From Balanoglossus misakiensis (lineage: Eukaryota; Animalia; Hemichordata): 64,000 bases of DNA. This document shows positions 11,815 to 25,100 of the stretch, piece after piece. The notes under the pieces are model-generated. The model was not told the origin of the DNA. It did no database searches and saw nothing but the letters and a program-made list of their open reading frames with translations. Position numbers and translations under genes: made by a program. Every line of letters begins with the position of its first letter. The stretch's first letter is position 1. The stretch covers positions 8,139,404-8,203,403 of the forward strand of contig CM082585.2 of assembly GCA_040954595.2 (NCBI GenBank), read 5' to 3'.

Positions 11815-14800
11815 CTACTCCTCTTTATGGTCATTGAATTTTATGGGAAAAGCATTCGATTTTCGGAGACAGCATATCCAGATGATGATGCCAATAGACA
11901 GCACGGCGGCGATGGATACAGCAACAGCCGCAGCGACTATGAGAGCAAACTGTCGCTGATCTCTATTGGTTCGCGTTTGGATGTTAGGATCAGGAGTCTG
12001 GGGTTGCTGCCCGGTCACCGACGTGGGTGTTCCACTTGCGGTTGTACTGGGCAGGACTGGTGTTGATTGGTGGGTCACTGTTGCTGGCTTTGGGGTTGCA
12101 ATGCTGGCGGTTGTCTGTCCAGCAGCCTCTGTGGATGGTGTGGACTTCTGATCAGGGCTGGCGGTCGTCTGTGGTGCATCAACTGTGCGTGCAGTGGTCA
12201 GTTCCGGCCCGGTGCTAATTGTCTCAGTCTGCGTTACACCATCTGGAGTGGCGGCAGTCCGTTGCACGGTGGAAGCAGGTGAGTGATCAGGGAGGCGTGT
12301 GGTTGTAGGAGGGCTTCTTGAAAACACAGCGGTGGTTTGCGTCAGAGCTGTTTTGACAGAAACAGTCGACATATCTGTCGGTTCTGCGCTGGAGGGTGGG
12401 CTGGTTGTAGTGGCCGGCTCATCAATAAGGTGTATGACGACTCGGGTAGTGCCGTTCCTTCGGGGAACGCCAGCATCCACGGCCCAGATTTCCAGGAAAA
12501 TCGGCGAAAGCCCCAAATCGTCCACTGTGAGGTCCCTGCTGGCTAAAATGTCCCCGGTTGTACTGTTGATGACAAAAGGTGGCTCTGTCAAGTTGACGGC
12601 GTAAAGATAGTAGGTCAGTTCACCAGCGGCGCCAACATCGTCGTCTCGAGCCCGGAGTTCTAACACCACTGTGTCTTTGAGAGTGCCAACACCAACTGTG
12701 GGGTCATAGACAGGTTTTTCGAAGGTGGGTTCTTCTATGTTGGGAGGACCGTCGCTCACGTGTATAGTAAGCAGGGTGCTGCTGTACTTTGTGGGGACCC
12801 CAGCATCTGTAGCCATAACTTTAAGAGAGAAAGGTGATGAGTATATATCGTTGTAGTCAAGGTCTCTAGTTGTGGATATGTTTCCTGATGCCGCATCAAT
12901 TTCAAACGGCAGGTCGCTCGGTGGGTCAACAAACTGGTAGGATACTTCGCCAGCCTCATCCTGGTCTCCGTCTTCTGCTTGCAGGACAAATATCACAGCG
13001 TCTTTGGGAGTGTCGAAAGCCACGGGAGGCACAGAAATCGGTTCACTGAAGGTTGGCGGATTTTTATTGGCCGGGCCATCGGTGACGTATATCTTCAGTC
13101 GAGTTGTGCCGTTCTTCTGTGGAATGCCGTTGTCAGACGCAATCACCTCAACGACAAATGGTGAGGATAGGATATCTTCGTTCGTTAGATTTCTCGTGGT
13201 GGAAATGTTCCCGGAAGTCACGTCGATGGCAAACGGCAGCTCCGGACCAATCGGGCGGTGAAGATAGTAAGAAAGTTCTCCGGCACTGCCTTCGTCGTCG
13301 TCCTCAGCCTGTGCGACAAAAACGACTGTCCCAACAGGGGTTGTGTAATCCACTTCAGGTTCATAAACAGGATCTGCAAACCGTGGCTCATCCCAGTTCA
13401 CAGTGACGGAGATCTCCAACACCACCGAGGCGTTTCTCTGCGGAAAGCCGTCGTCGACAGCCCATATTTCCACGAAGAACGGCGACTGCCGCGTGTCATC
13501 GTAGGTGAGATTTCTGCCAACTGAGATATTGCCGGACGCTTGATCGATGACAAATGGTGTCTCTGTTCCATTGACACTCAAAAGGAAGTAGGACACTTCG
13601 CCAGCCACTCCCTCGTCTTCATCTACGGCACGAGCAACAAATATGACAGTGTCAACCGGGGTGTCGATGTCAACTGGAGGTACAATCAGTGGCTCTTCAA
13701 ACCTCGGGGTCTCTTTGTTCGGGGGACCGCTGCTGACGTAGATTTCGACCACTGTACTTCCGTTTCTCTGCGGAACGCCGCCGTCTACAGCCCACACTTC
13801 CAGAAGGAACGGCGACGCGATCACATCCGCAAGAGTGAACTGCCTGGACGGGGAGATGATTCCTGTTGCCGCGTCGATCACAAACGGGAAGTCCTCGCCA
13901 CTTGGGCCGCGTATGGAGTAGGTGAGATTACCAGCCACGCCAGAATCACCGTCGTTGGCTTGAGCAACAAAGACAACTGCGTCTGTTCCTTCGGTGACTT
14001 GAACGTCAACTTCATACAGACTTTCATCAAAGGTTGGGTTTTCCTTGTTCACTGGGCCATCGGTGACGTAGATGGTCAGTGCTGTCGTACTACTCTTCGG
14101 AGGTACCCCTGCATCAACTGCCACCAATTGGAACGTGAAAGGTGATGATACAATGTCGTCATATGTGAGGCTCCTATTAATGGATATGTTTCCAGATGCT
14201 GCATCAATCACAAAAGGTAGACTTTCTCCATTCACACTTTGGAGGATGTAAGATACCTGGCCCGCATCACCATCATCATCGTCTCGTGCATTTGCAACAA
14301 AAAAGATAGAATTTACAGGAGTGTCTACATCAACTAATGGCTCATACAGGGGTTTTTCAAACTTTGGTTCTTCCTTGTTGGCCGGGCCATCCGTAACGAA
14401 CACCTTCAGTGTTAGGGTACTGTTCTTCTGGGGAATGCCTCCATCTACAGCCACTATCTCCAGAAAAAATGGTGATGAGGTGATGTCATCATACGTGAGA
14501 TTCCTTGTCGTTGTGACGTTTCCTGACGTCTGGTCGACGGCAAAGGGCAAATCGTCGGTTGTGTCTGCAAGATAGTAGGTCACTGCGCCCGCAACACCCT
14601 CGTCCCGGTCATCTGCTCGAGCGACGTGAATGACAGTATTCACTGCAGTGTCCACATCAACTTCTGGCTCCGTCGCCGTGTCGGCAAAGGTCGGCCCTTC
14701 AGTGTTGGCGGGTCCCAGCCACAGCGTGTAGTTAACGAGGGCCGCCGTGGTTTCATTTGTGAAGTAGTCCACAATGTGGATTGACGATTTGTTGTCCGAG

Positions 14801-17800
14801 TGGCTGATCCACACATTATATCCATTGATGATTTCCTTGCCGTCTTCCCTGGCGACTAGTGCCACAGTAGTGTCGGCTAACGGTTCGGTGTCAAATGTCG
14901 TGTAGGTCCAACCAGTCTGCTGCTGCAGGTGTGCGGAAATTTCCACGGGCTGATAATCAGTCACCTCTCCATCTACGACATCAGATGCCGTTACGTCAAC
15001 AACAGTGACAGGATCTTTACTGCCAGTGTCAGAGTGGTAAAGGTAATCTGGATGTGATTCGTCGTCAGGAATGTCATTCACCAAGAGACCCAGGGTGTCG
15101 CTGTCACCGTCGCCCGTGTCAATCTTCACCACGTGTACCAGGTCATGCCTCTCAATTTGTTCGATCTGGGACACTTCCGGATCACCCATCAAGTCGTCAT
15201 TTTCGAACGTTGCCGTAAAGTTGAACAAGATCCCGGTTTCATTTGTGGACAGCCACCACAAAGCTGTCACAGCGCCCATGCTTTGTACATCGCCGAAGTT
15301 GACGGTCAGTGAGGGCACGGTGAGATTCTCTCCCAACATAGTAGACACTATCTCAAAGTCTAGCAACTGGTTGCTCTCCTCCTCGACGATTACAGGTAGC
15401 GATGACGATATCCTCAGGTTATAAGCGTCACCGTATCCGTCATTTTTCACCAAAACAGCCAAATTAAATGGCGTGTGTGGGGTGGCAGAGTCATCAGGGA
15501 AGACACTGTGTGCCAAGAAGAAATGTACATACAGCTTCGGAACATCTGTCACAGTCGTCACAGGCTTCTCTGTTGTTCGGTCAACTGGTGTACCTGGAGT
15601 TGACTCTGTTGATGAAACTTCTGGTATAACATCTGAAACAGTACGTGGTTTTGGCTTCGAAACATCTGTCACAGTCGTCACAGGGGTCACTGTATTTCTG
15701 TCAACTGGTGTACCTGGAGTTGACTCTGTTGATGAAACTTCTGGTATAACATCAGAAACAGTACGTGGTTTTGGCTTCGAAACATCTGTCACAGTCGTCA
15801 CAGGGGTCACTGTATTTCTGTCAACTGGTGTACCTGGAGTTGACTCTGTTGATGAAACTTCTGGTACAGTCGTCACAGGGGTCACTGTGGTTCTGTCAAC
15901 TGGTGTACCTGGAGTTGATTCTGTTGATGAAACTTCTGGTATAATATCAGACACAGTACGTGGTTTTGGTTGCGAAACATCTGGCACAGTCGTCACAGGG
16001 GTCACTGTAGTTCTGTCAACTGGTGTACCTGGAGTTGACTCTGTTGATGAAACTTCTGGTATAAAATCAGACACAGTACGTGGTTTTGGTTGCGAAACAT
16101 CTGGCACAGTCGTCACAGGGGTCACTGTAGTTCTGTCAACTGGTGTACCTGGAGTTGATTCTGTTGATGAAACTTCTGGTATAAAATCAGACACAGTACG
16201 TGGTTTTGGCTGCGAAACATCTGGCACAGTCGTCACAGGGGTCACTGTAGTTCTGTCAACTGGTGTACCTGGAGTTGACTCTGTTGATGAAACTTCTGGT
16301 ATAAAATCAGACACAGTACGTGGTTTTGGCTGCGAAACATCTGGCACAGTCGTCACAGGGGTCACTGTAGTTCTGTCAACTGGTGTACCTGGAGTTGACT
16401 CTGTTGATGAAACTTCTGGTATAACATCAGAAACAGTACGTGGTTTTGGCTTTGAAACATCTGTCACAGGCTTCTCTGTTGTTCGGTCAACTGGTGTACC
16501 TGGAGTTGACTCTGTTGATGAAACTTCTGGTATAACATCTGACACAGTACGTGGTTTTGGTTGCGAAACATCTGTCACAGTCGTCACAGGCTTCTCTGTT
16601 GTTCGGTCAACTGGTGTACCTGGAGTTGACTCTGTTGATGAAACTTCTGGTACAACATCTGACACAGTACGTGGTTTTGGCTTCGAAACATCTGTCACAG
16701 TCGTCACAGGGGTCACTGTTGTTCTGTCAACTGGTGTACCTGGAGTTGACTCTGTTGATGAAACTTCTGGTATAACATCTGACACAGTACGTGGTTTTGG
16801 TTGCGAAACATCTGTCACAGTCGTCACAGGCTTCTCTGTTGTTCGGTCAACTGGTGTACCTGGAGTTGACTCTGTTGATGAATCTTCTGGTATAACATCA
16901 GAAACAGTACGTGGTTTTGGTTGCGAAACATCTGTCACAGTCGTCACAGGGGTCACTGTTGTTCTGTCAACTGGTGTACCTGGAGTTGACTCTGTTGATG
17001 AAACTTCTGGTACAACTTCAGAAACAGTACGTGGTTTTGGCTTCGAAACATCTGTCACAGTCGTCACAGGCTTCTCTGTTGTTCGGTCAACTGGTGTACC
17101 TGGAGTTGACTCTGTTGATGAAACTTCTGGTATAAAATCAGAGACAGTTCGTGGTTTTGGCTTCGAAACATCTGTCACAGTCTTCACAGGGGTCACCGTT
17201 GTTCCGTCAACTGGTGTACCTGGAGTTGACTCTGTTGATGAAACTTCTGGTACAACATCAGAAACAGTACGTGGTTTTGGTTGCGAAACATCTGTCACAG
17301 TCGTCACAGGGGTCACTGTTGTTCTGTCAACTGGTGTACCTGGAGTTGACTCTGTTGATGAAACTTCTGGTACAACATCAGAAACAGTACGTGGTTTTGG
17401 TTGCGAAACATCTGTCAAAGTCGTCACAGGGGTCACTGTTGTTCTGTCAACTGGTGTACCTGGAGTTGACTCTGTTGATGAAACTTCTGGTATAACATCT
17501 GACACAGTACGTGGTTTTGGCTTCGAAACATCTGTCACAGTTGTCACAGGCATCACTGTTGTTCCGTCAACTGGTGTACCTGGAGTTAAACTTGCAGTCA
17601 AAACTTCTGTCGTTCTCGTTCCAGCTGTTGCACTTGTCACAGTCTCCATTGATGTTCCTACATCAGGAGTTTGTCTGCCAGATGACACAACAGATGTCAC
17701 GGATGTGCCTGCCAGAGTTGTTGCCAAAGTAGATGTATCTATTAATTTTGAAGTATCAGTAGTTGTAACAACAGGTGTCGATGTCGCTTCGGTATCCGTC

Positions 17801-19133
17801 AGCAAATACACAGTCAGCTGTGTGTATCCAACTTTCATTGGCATTCCCTCGTCAATCACCAAAATTACTGTGTTGTACGGAAAAATACTGATGTCATCAG
17901 CTGTGAGATTTCTCACAAGACTGACTTGGCCCGAGATGGCGTCCACATCAAAAACGGTGTCATTCAGTATTGTATAGTAGAATCTGCCAGGGTCACCTTC
18001 GTCTGCATCCGTTGCGTTTACTTCAACGATGACGGTGTCCTCTGGTGTTGACAAAGGAATCCCGACCTTATACATAGCAGCATAAAAGACAGGTTGATGC
18101 TTATTTTCAGGGCCAAACACCAACGTGTAATTCACATTCGATCCGAGAGTAGAAGGATCAAGGTAATCAAAGATGTGACAGGTGATAGTGCCATTCACTC
18201 CAGCAGTTGTCCATACATTGTAGTCTATCAACAGCCCGACATCTTCGTCCCGTGATGCGTATACCAGTGGGAAAGCACCATCATAGCCAGTATAGTTGAC
18301 CCTCGTGTACACCCACTCTGTTGACGTTACACTCGTCGACAATGTCACAACAGTGTAGCTGTTCATAGTGTAGGTACTTTCCTCGTCAATTTCTGAGTCG
18401 ATGGCCACCACTTCATGCGATTCGCCACTTCCTCTGTCGTAAACGCGATCAGGATGATCTTCTGCATCGCTGACGTCGTCGACGAGGAAGTCTGTTAGAC
18501 CGTCGTCTTCGGGATGCATTATCCGGACATGATGCACTAGGCTGTGGATTTGGGTCAGTCCAATGTCAGGTAGCTGCAAGTCTCCCAAGGGGTTTGTGTA
18601 CCTAAACACCGATGACACATTCGTAAATGTTCCGGTCACTGCCCCGACGAGTGACAGCACTTCCACTTTCGTTTCCAGCGGCACAAAATCCCCAAATGAC
18701 AACTGCAGCGACTGTGATTGAGAGCTGTCGTCCGTCTGCGCCTCCACAATTCGATATACTCCCACCATTCCATTGGAGTCAGTAATTTCAACTTGGGAAG
18801 ATATGACCGACAGGCCGTTAATGGTACTGTGGGCTCTGCTGGAGACCATGATAGCCAAGTAGATGGGTTCTTCAGGTGTGATCTCCTCGTAACGGAAGTA
18901 ATGAACGTGCAGGCCAGCCAGCTCTACCACCTTGATTGTGTCGGTAAGTATAGGCAGGGTTATCCGGGTGCCACCGGAATCAAAGGACAGAGTACCACCA
19001 ACAGCGTATACTGTGACATCAGACACAGCTGCTGAAGGGTCGGGGACTACCAGCCACTCAACAGTCCCAGTCAACCCCACATCCAGTTGTCCACTTCCAT
19101 CAATAGCCGTCAAGCCAGTCACATCGGCATCAT
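11815..19133 (-). CDS. 7.3-kb terminal exon: unnamed module copy 1, cadherin repeat, mucin array, module copy 2, 7 cadherin repeats, Thr/Ser stalk, TM helix, short tail
   Basis: Lies in the 2448-aa ORF. Acceptor tttgcag|ATGAT at 19134 gives the phase 1 needed. Cadherin-like motifs PxF..Y, A.DxD.G..G...Y, F.ID..SG.I and A.DGG.P. TM segment FALIVAAAVAVSIAAVLSIGIIIWICC. Confidence 0.93.
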
Positions 19134-22100
19134 CTGCAAAGATTGATTCATTATACATCAATGTGTGAGTCTATAATATTGAATTTCATTCATACACACT
19201 ACAAACACAGTTCACACAGTCTTGCGAAGAGCCAACAAATTGCCACACGCACACCACAGCTAACATTCAATAGGCTCTTACTGTTGGGAAAATATTGTAG
19301 AAATGAAAGCTCACCGATTGTGAAGTGCTGATTCATTGGTGTCTGATCGCCACCACCATTCAGATATAAGGACAGCGATACTTCAACGTTGGACAATTCT
19401 TGCAGCTGACCGTTTTCAAGGGTCACTCGGACAGTGAAGGCTTCCCTTGTGAACACCAGATCTTCCAGTACATTCAACTGAACTATGGCGCACGCAGTCT
19501 GAAATTGAAAGATGAAGAATATTTTCTTTACACTCAGGACTCAGTTGCTGGTAACAGGGTCGAAAGACTGGCCTTAGAATAATACTGTTCAACAACAATT
19601 CCACAAATCAATTGAAGATGTCCAGACCACTATGTATAAATTAACTATAAGTCCAGAAAAACAACATCAAACCACTTACCCTTTGTGTTTTCTCTTCCAT
19701 ATAATCTTGTACAGCAGTATTAAACTGATCAAATTGATTTAGACTTTGCCCCTGCCAAAAATGAATAATCATCATTAAAATATTTTGTTTAATAACAACA
19801 TTCAGTTCTTTTACACACAATGTTTGTTCAACGTTTAATTGATTCCTGAAGATTGACAATTTAAAATGCAAGGTCTAATTGCAACGGTGATAATTGAGTG
19901 CACTTTCAATATATCCAAGGAAATGAAAATTTGCTGAAACTTACCCCCACAGCAAATTCAAAATCCTTCTGGAACTGACCGCCTAGATTCATTACATTCG
20001 CGTAAGAAATGACATCCTGGCTTTCATCGTCCCTCTCAAACATTCCCAGATCCCACCAAAGGATGGTGTTGTTCCAGCGATGCAGAAAACCAGCCACGAT
20101 TTCTTCGCTGTCACTGGTGTCAGTCACAACAGCGCTGATGTTTTCAAATTCTTCATGTGATATATACTTCCCATCCATGCTGTTATCGCTGATGTAGTTC
20201 TTGAAGTAGCCATACCATGTCGTGTCGCCTGTACTTAATCTAGTGATAAAAATACTTAAATTACTTTTCCATAAGGTTTAATTTCAATATTATTTTGAGA
20301 CCTGGGAACACTGCACAAGATTTTAAAAGTAATTTCAAAAGTCTATCTGTAGATTAACAAAGTATACTGTGGTTGCCAAAACATAGAATAAGGAACTCAC
20401 ATTTGCTCTGATCCAAATATTTCCACCACCAGTGCTCGGTAGTTGAGAATGCTGATACTTCCATTGACCAGATTTTCAAAAAGAACAGTTTCCATGTCTC
20501 CTGTGGTTGACGGTAGATCAGTGTCTTGCAGACACCTGAAATTGTGACAGAAAAGATTTTGAGATGTCAAAAAAAATCAGACAAAATATGGAATCATGTT
20601 CAAGTTAATTGACTTAAAGACACAACCACTGGGAATACAAACTTTATGAATTGATTATTCTGTTACAAGCTGTTATTGTGAATTCTCTCTTGGCTGCAGA
20701 AAAACGCCAAACAGAACACTGCAGAGTATGGCCCAGTATACAGGTAATACTAGAACTGAGATTTTTTCCACACAGATGCCCAGCATTACACTGACCTGAA
20801 GACCTCCCAGTTCCAATCCTCTTGCTGGCCAACACAGGCCATGGTGACATCAATGGCATCAATCAACTCAATTCCACTGGCAGGAAAGTCAAAGACGCCC
20901 AGCGAACATACAGCGATACCATCCGGATAATCCGCCAGGCAATTGTCGACGTAGATCTCCGCGCTGTCGCATGTGACTGGGGTGACGGGGTTGAAGGTCA
21001 CAGGGACAAGGTAGCTGGGTTGTGGTGTTTCTTGTCCTGTTGTGTCCAGAGTGGGACTGGACAGGCAACTCAGATCGGCGTCAATGAAATGCACAGTTGT
21101 GGATACAGTCCTGGGTTGATCGCATTCGTAGCTGTACTCCAGCGTTGCCTGGTAACACGTCGTTGTTGCTTCAATTGGCACTGCCCTCCTACGAACCTCA
21201 ACAGATATCACTGTGATGCTTTCAGCGTCCAAGTCGCCAATGTTATTGCCAAGCTGTCAAGAGAAAAAATAAACATGATTCTGATTAGAAGTGTTTCCAA
21301 ATAAATGAAACAACATATCAGTAAGAATTAACCCTGTGTACACCTACTTAGCTAGGCCAACGGGATTACAAACAACCAAAAGAAAATATTCACCTTGACA
21401 AACTCAAGTGTTGGATGTTGCGTTGGTAGACGAAACACCAGATTCTCAGCGGCTACTAGACCGTGGTTTTGGACTGTAAAATCTATCCTGCTGTCTTCAA
21501 GAGATGATAAAACTACAATTGCTGGATCAATGGTCACCACTGGCATATAAACCTATAAAAAATAGAAAAAATGTGGTGGTAAGAATTTTTTTATTTTGTG
21601 AAAGAGCCATCTGGCATGGTAATAAAATTAATCAAACTAAAACAACATATTATCTATAAGTGATTGGTGTACACAAATATATAAACAACCTCTGCATGTA
21701 AATATAAACAAGTTAAATGATAAATGGGTGCCACACCCCTTTATTCAGCATTTAATTCAAACTGTCAAAACTTACCCCAGTTTCATACGACGTTGTCAGA
21801 GAAAATGTGTAGCCACCGCTGGAGGAAAGGGTCACGGTCAAGGTGTACTCCACCACGATTCTGTGTAGGAATACAGTCATAGCTCCGGAACCATGACTTA
21901 CGGAGATGACACTGGAGTATGTTGTGTGGTCACGTGCCGATACGTGGATGCTGTAGTACCCCTCAAGTAAGTCAGGAAAAGTAACGGTTCCTGAAAGAAA
22001 GCCCCACAATGGGAAATGTTATATTTTGCTTGATTCTTCAGCATTTATACAAAGGGGGAAAATGCTGTTGTCAAGATCTCCTTTTCAATGAGAATAAAGG

Positions 22101-25100
22101 GTGTGCAGACTTGCAAACTTCATGATACATGTACTTCAAAAATAAATTCAAACCTTGGAAACAAGATAATTCTCATGGCAAGAATGTCAGCAAATCCCCC
22201 AAAAGTGGTTCAATAACATTGCCACTGCTCGACTGAGCTTCAGATAGCCTTCAATTTGGAAAAAGCATCAGTTTTTTTTTTCTGAAATTTAGACTACTTT
22301 GCAGACCAACATATTCTCTATTCCTACATTCTCTATTCCTGATATGACAATGTTATTTAATTCTGTCTGACTTACCATATATACTAGTCTTATCATTAAA
22401 AATCTGCCCAGTCTGAGAGTTGACGAGTTTGACGTCAGCACTGTTCACACCGTAAGCGTCATCTTTGAAACACCAGAATTCATTTACGACTGACACAACA
22501 AAATCAAGTCTGTCCGAATCTGTGGTCGAGATGTTGTAGGGGATGGTCACATTGACAGACTCTGCAGAAGTGATTAAAATGGTGCCCTCAATAATCTCTT
22601 CTTGGGTTGCCACGGAGATGATCAGGTAAGCCAAATCTCCCGGTTCCAGAAGTGTGATGCCTGAACTGTCCGTTGCCAGCTCAAATGACGACACAGATAT
22701 GTCGGGGTCAGATACGACAGCGGTGATATCGGTTGCCATTGTCAGACCAATGTTCTTCACTGTGATCTGTTGGTTGAAAAGGTTGGAGTATTTTTCAAAT
22801 ATTTAATTCTCACAGTTCACTTCTTTATGAAGGTGAAAAAGTCAACATAAAAAGAGAAAAAGAAACAATAAATTGGGTAAGTGGCAAAGACAACCTCTGA
22901 CCTCAAAATCAGGATAGTTTGACAATTTGAAAAAGATATGCCCAGAAGAAAATTCAAAAGAATATGTCATGATAACGTGAATGACTTGAGTCAATATTCC
23001 TGGATAAATGATCAACTTACCTGAAATTTCTTCAGAACTCTTCTTCTGATTGTAGTCGTCAGATCAGACGGCGTGGCAACCAACACCGGCGGAACCGAAT
23101 TCAGCGTCACGGTGAAATACAGGGATGCTGATGTTCCTTCAGGTGTTGAAAAGACGACGATAAGTGTAGCGGTCACTGGACTGCTCGCTTGGACACCGAT
23201 GCAAATTGGCACCTGCTGACCGATCTCCAGAGTGTCGGCATAGAAACCGGAGCTTGAAGAATTGCACACGCTGACCGCAACCTCTTGTATTGCAGAGGGT
23301 ACTGTATTCTGAACCTAAAAACGAAAATGATAAACTTGAGAAATTATACACAAGTTACAGATCATATGTCTTGTTTACCGAAGCAAAATGGCAAAGCTGT
23401 GTACACACACTCATGGAAGCTGACAATGTACAACCTCTACGTTATGTTTCACCAGAAAATGGCTTTTGGCACAAGCTGCCAAGTAAATTTCCTGGGGTAC
23501 CCATCTTCATACTAATACGCACCCTATATGTTATGTTATCCAGTGCTACCGGTCCGTCGTTGATGAGAACAGCGACATTGTCGAAGACAGCATCATCTAG
23601 GGTCCTCTCGTGTGAAACGGACATTGGGCTGACCTGCATCCCTTGCACTGTCCATACCATCTGAGTGATGTACACATCGTCTGCAGGGTGTACTGCAGTC
23701 TGTCAACAGTGAAAAGATATGTTGCAGTTATGTCCCCAGCTTGACTTGAGAACTGGATACTCATTAATATTCATTCAGATCAATATTCACATCTGTTGCA
23801 AGTCACACCCATTCATCAATGTATCAACATTAGACCAGGGCCGATCGACCAGTCTGGGGAGAACCCCTACTCATCTGGATATGCAACGTACATGACCACT
23901 TTTGGAATAAGACCACCATACAGAGGTATACCCATACTCACCAAGTTAAATACCCCATACTCATCACTGGAAATGGGATAATACACAGCCTGGAAGAAAG
24001 TCACGTTGGCAGAATCTGTTTCGACTGTCCAGTAATAATCCGTGCCATCAATCGTCACTCTACAGTATAAGAATGAAACATGAGTTACATTTTTGATAAT
24101 AAATAAATTAATATGCAAACAGGCCAGGGTGCTCATTCTTTACATTCACTGATAAAATATTGGTCTTCAAATTGCAGATCTCACCGTTTTTGGACATATT
24201 CATTACCTTATTTGGACATCATCAGTTTCACTCATTACCATATTTGGAAATAAAAGTTGTATTCATTACCTCATTTGGGCATCATTAATTCCAGTCATAA
24301 CTTTATTTGGACAATAAAAAGTTTCGTCCATTACCTTATTTGGACATCCACAGTCTCGTTCATGACCGCATTGTCATCTATGAATGTCACATATCCAGAT
24401 ATTACAACAGGCTGCGCGTACGCCAACAGAGACGATGCTGAGATGTAGTCAATGGTGACGGTGTAGGACAACGGAACTGAGAGCGTCCACTGCTCAGTGT
24501 CAGAACCAATGGCATTGGTGCACTTGACAGTGACATCATACGGCTGTTTGCTTGCTACAGCTTTCCTCCACCTCAGTACGCCGGATCTCGGATCCAACTC
24601 CATGCCACTGGGACCAGACACTAAGGCACACTTGACCGGCAGACTTCCCTTAAATTTAAAGGGAGAAAATACTCTTTGACTTAAAAAAATATGTGACCAC
24701 GAAACTGGCGATCAAAAATTTGTCATCACGAACCTTTAATAGTGATGTGTCCTGATCAAAGCAATCATCTCATATCCTAGCACATGTTAATGGTTAACAA
24801 ATTTGTCATCAAAAGGGAAGAGCAATAAAAACCATCTTATACCAACCTCAATCAACTCAAGTTGAACTTCATACTGTCTTCCTTCGCTGATAACGCTGTC
24901 ATTTATTTTGGCGATGAGAGGCGCTTCCAGTTTACTGGAACAATCATCTCCATACCATGGTAAGAAACAGGAGCATTGTCCTTGAATGCACTCGCCTTGC
25001 TTGGGGTCGTTATTTCGACCACAGGCGTCATCTGCACATGGACTGTAAAATTCGAAGGTAACCTGAGAAGCCGCAAAGACAAAAAAACAGATTAGGGAAT

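Noticed and set aside
15473-17977. 834-aa plus-strand ORF
   Set aside because: Antisense shadow of the 120-bp coding repeat; a stop-free unit stays open across the whole array.
19134-19171. 2448-aa ORF as a standalone gene, or acceptor at 19171
   Set aside because: No signal peptide at the ORF start. The 19171 acceptor gives an immediate stop in phase 1, whereas 19134 joins the upstream exons in frame.
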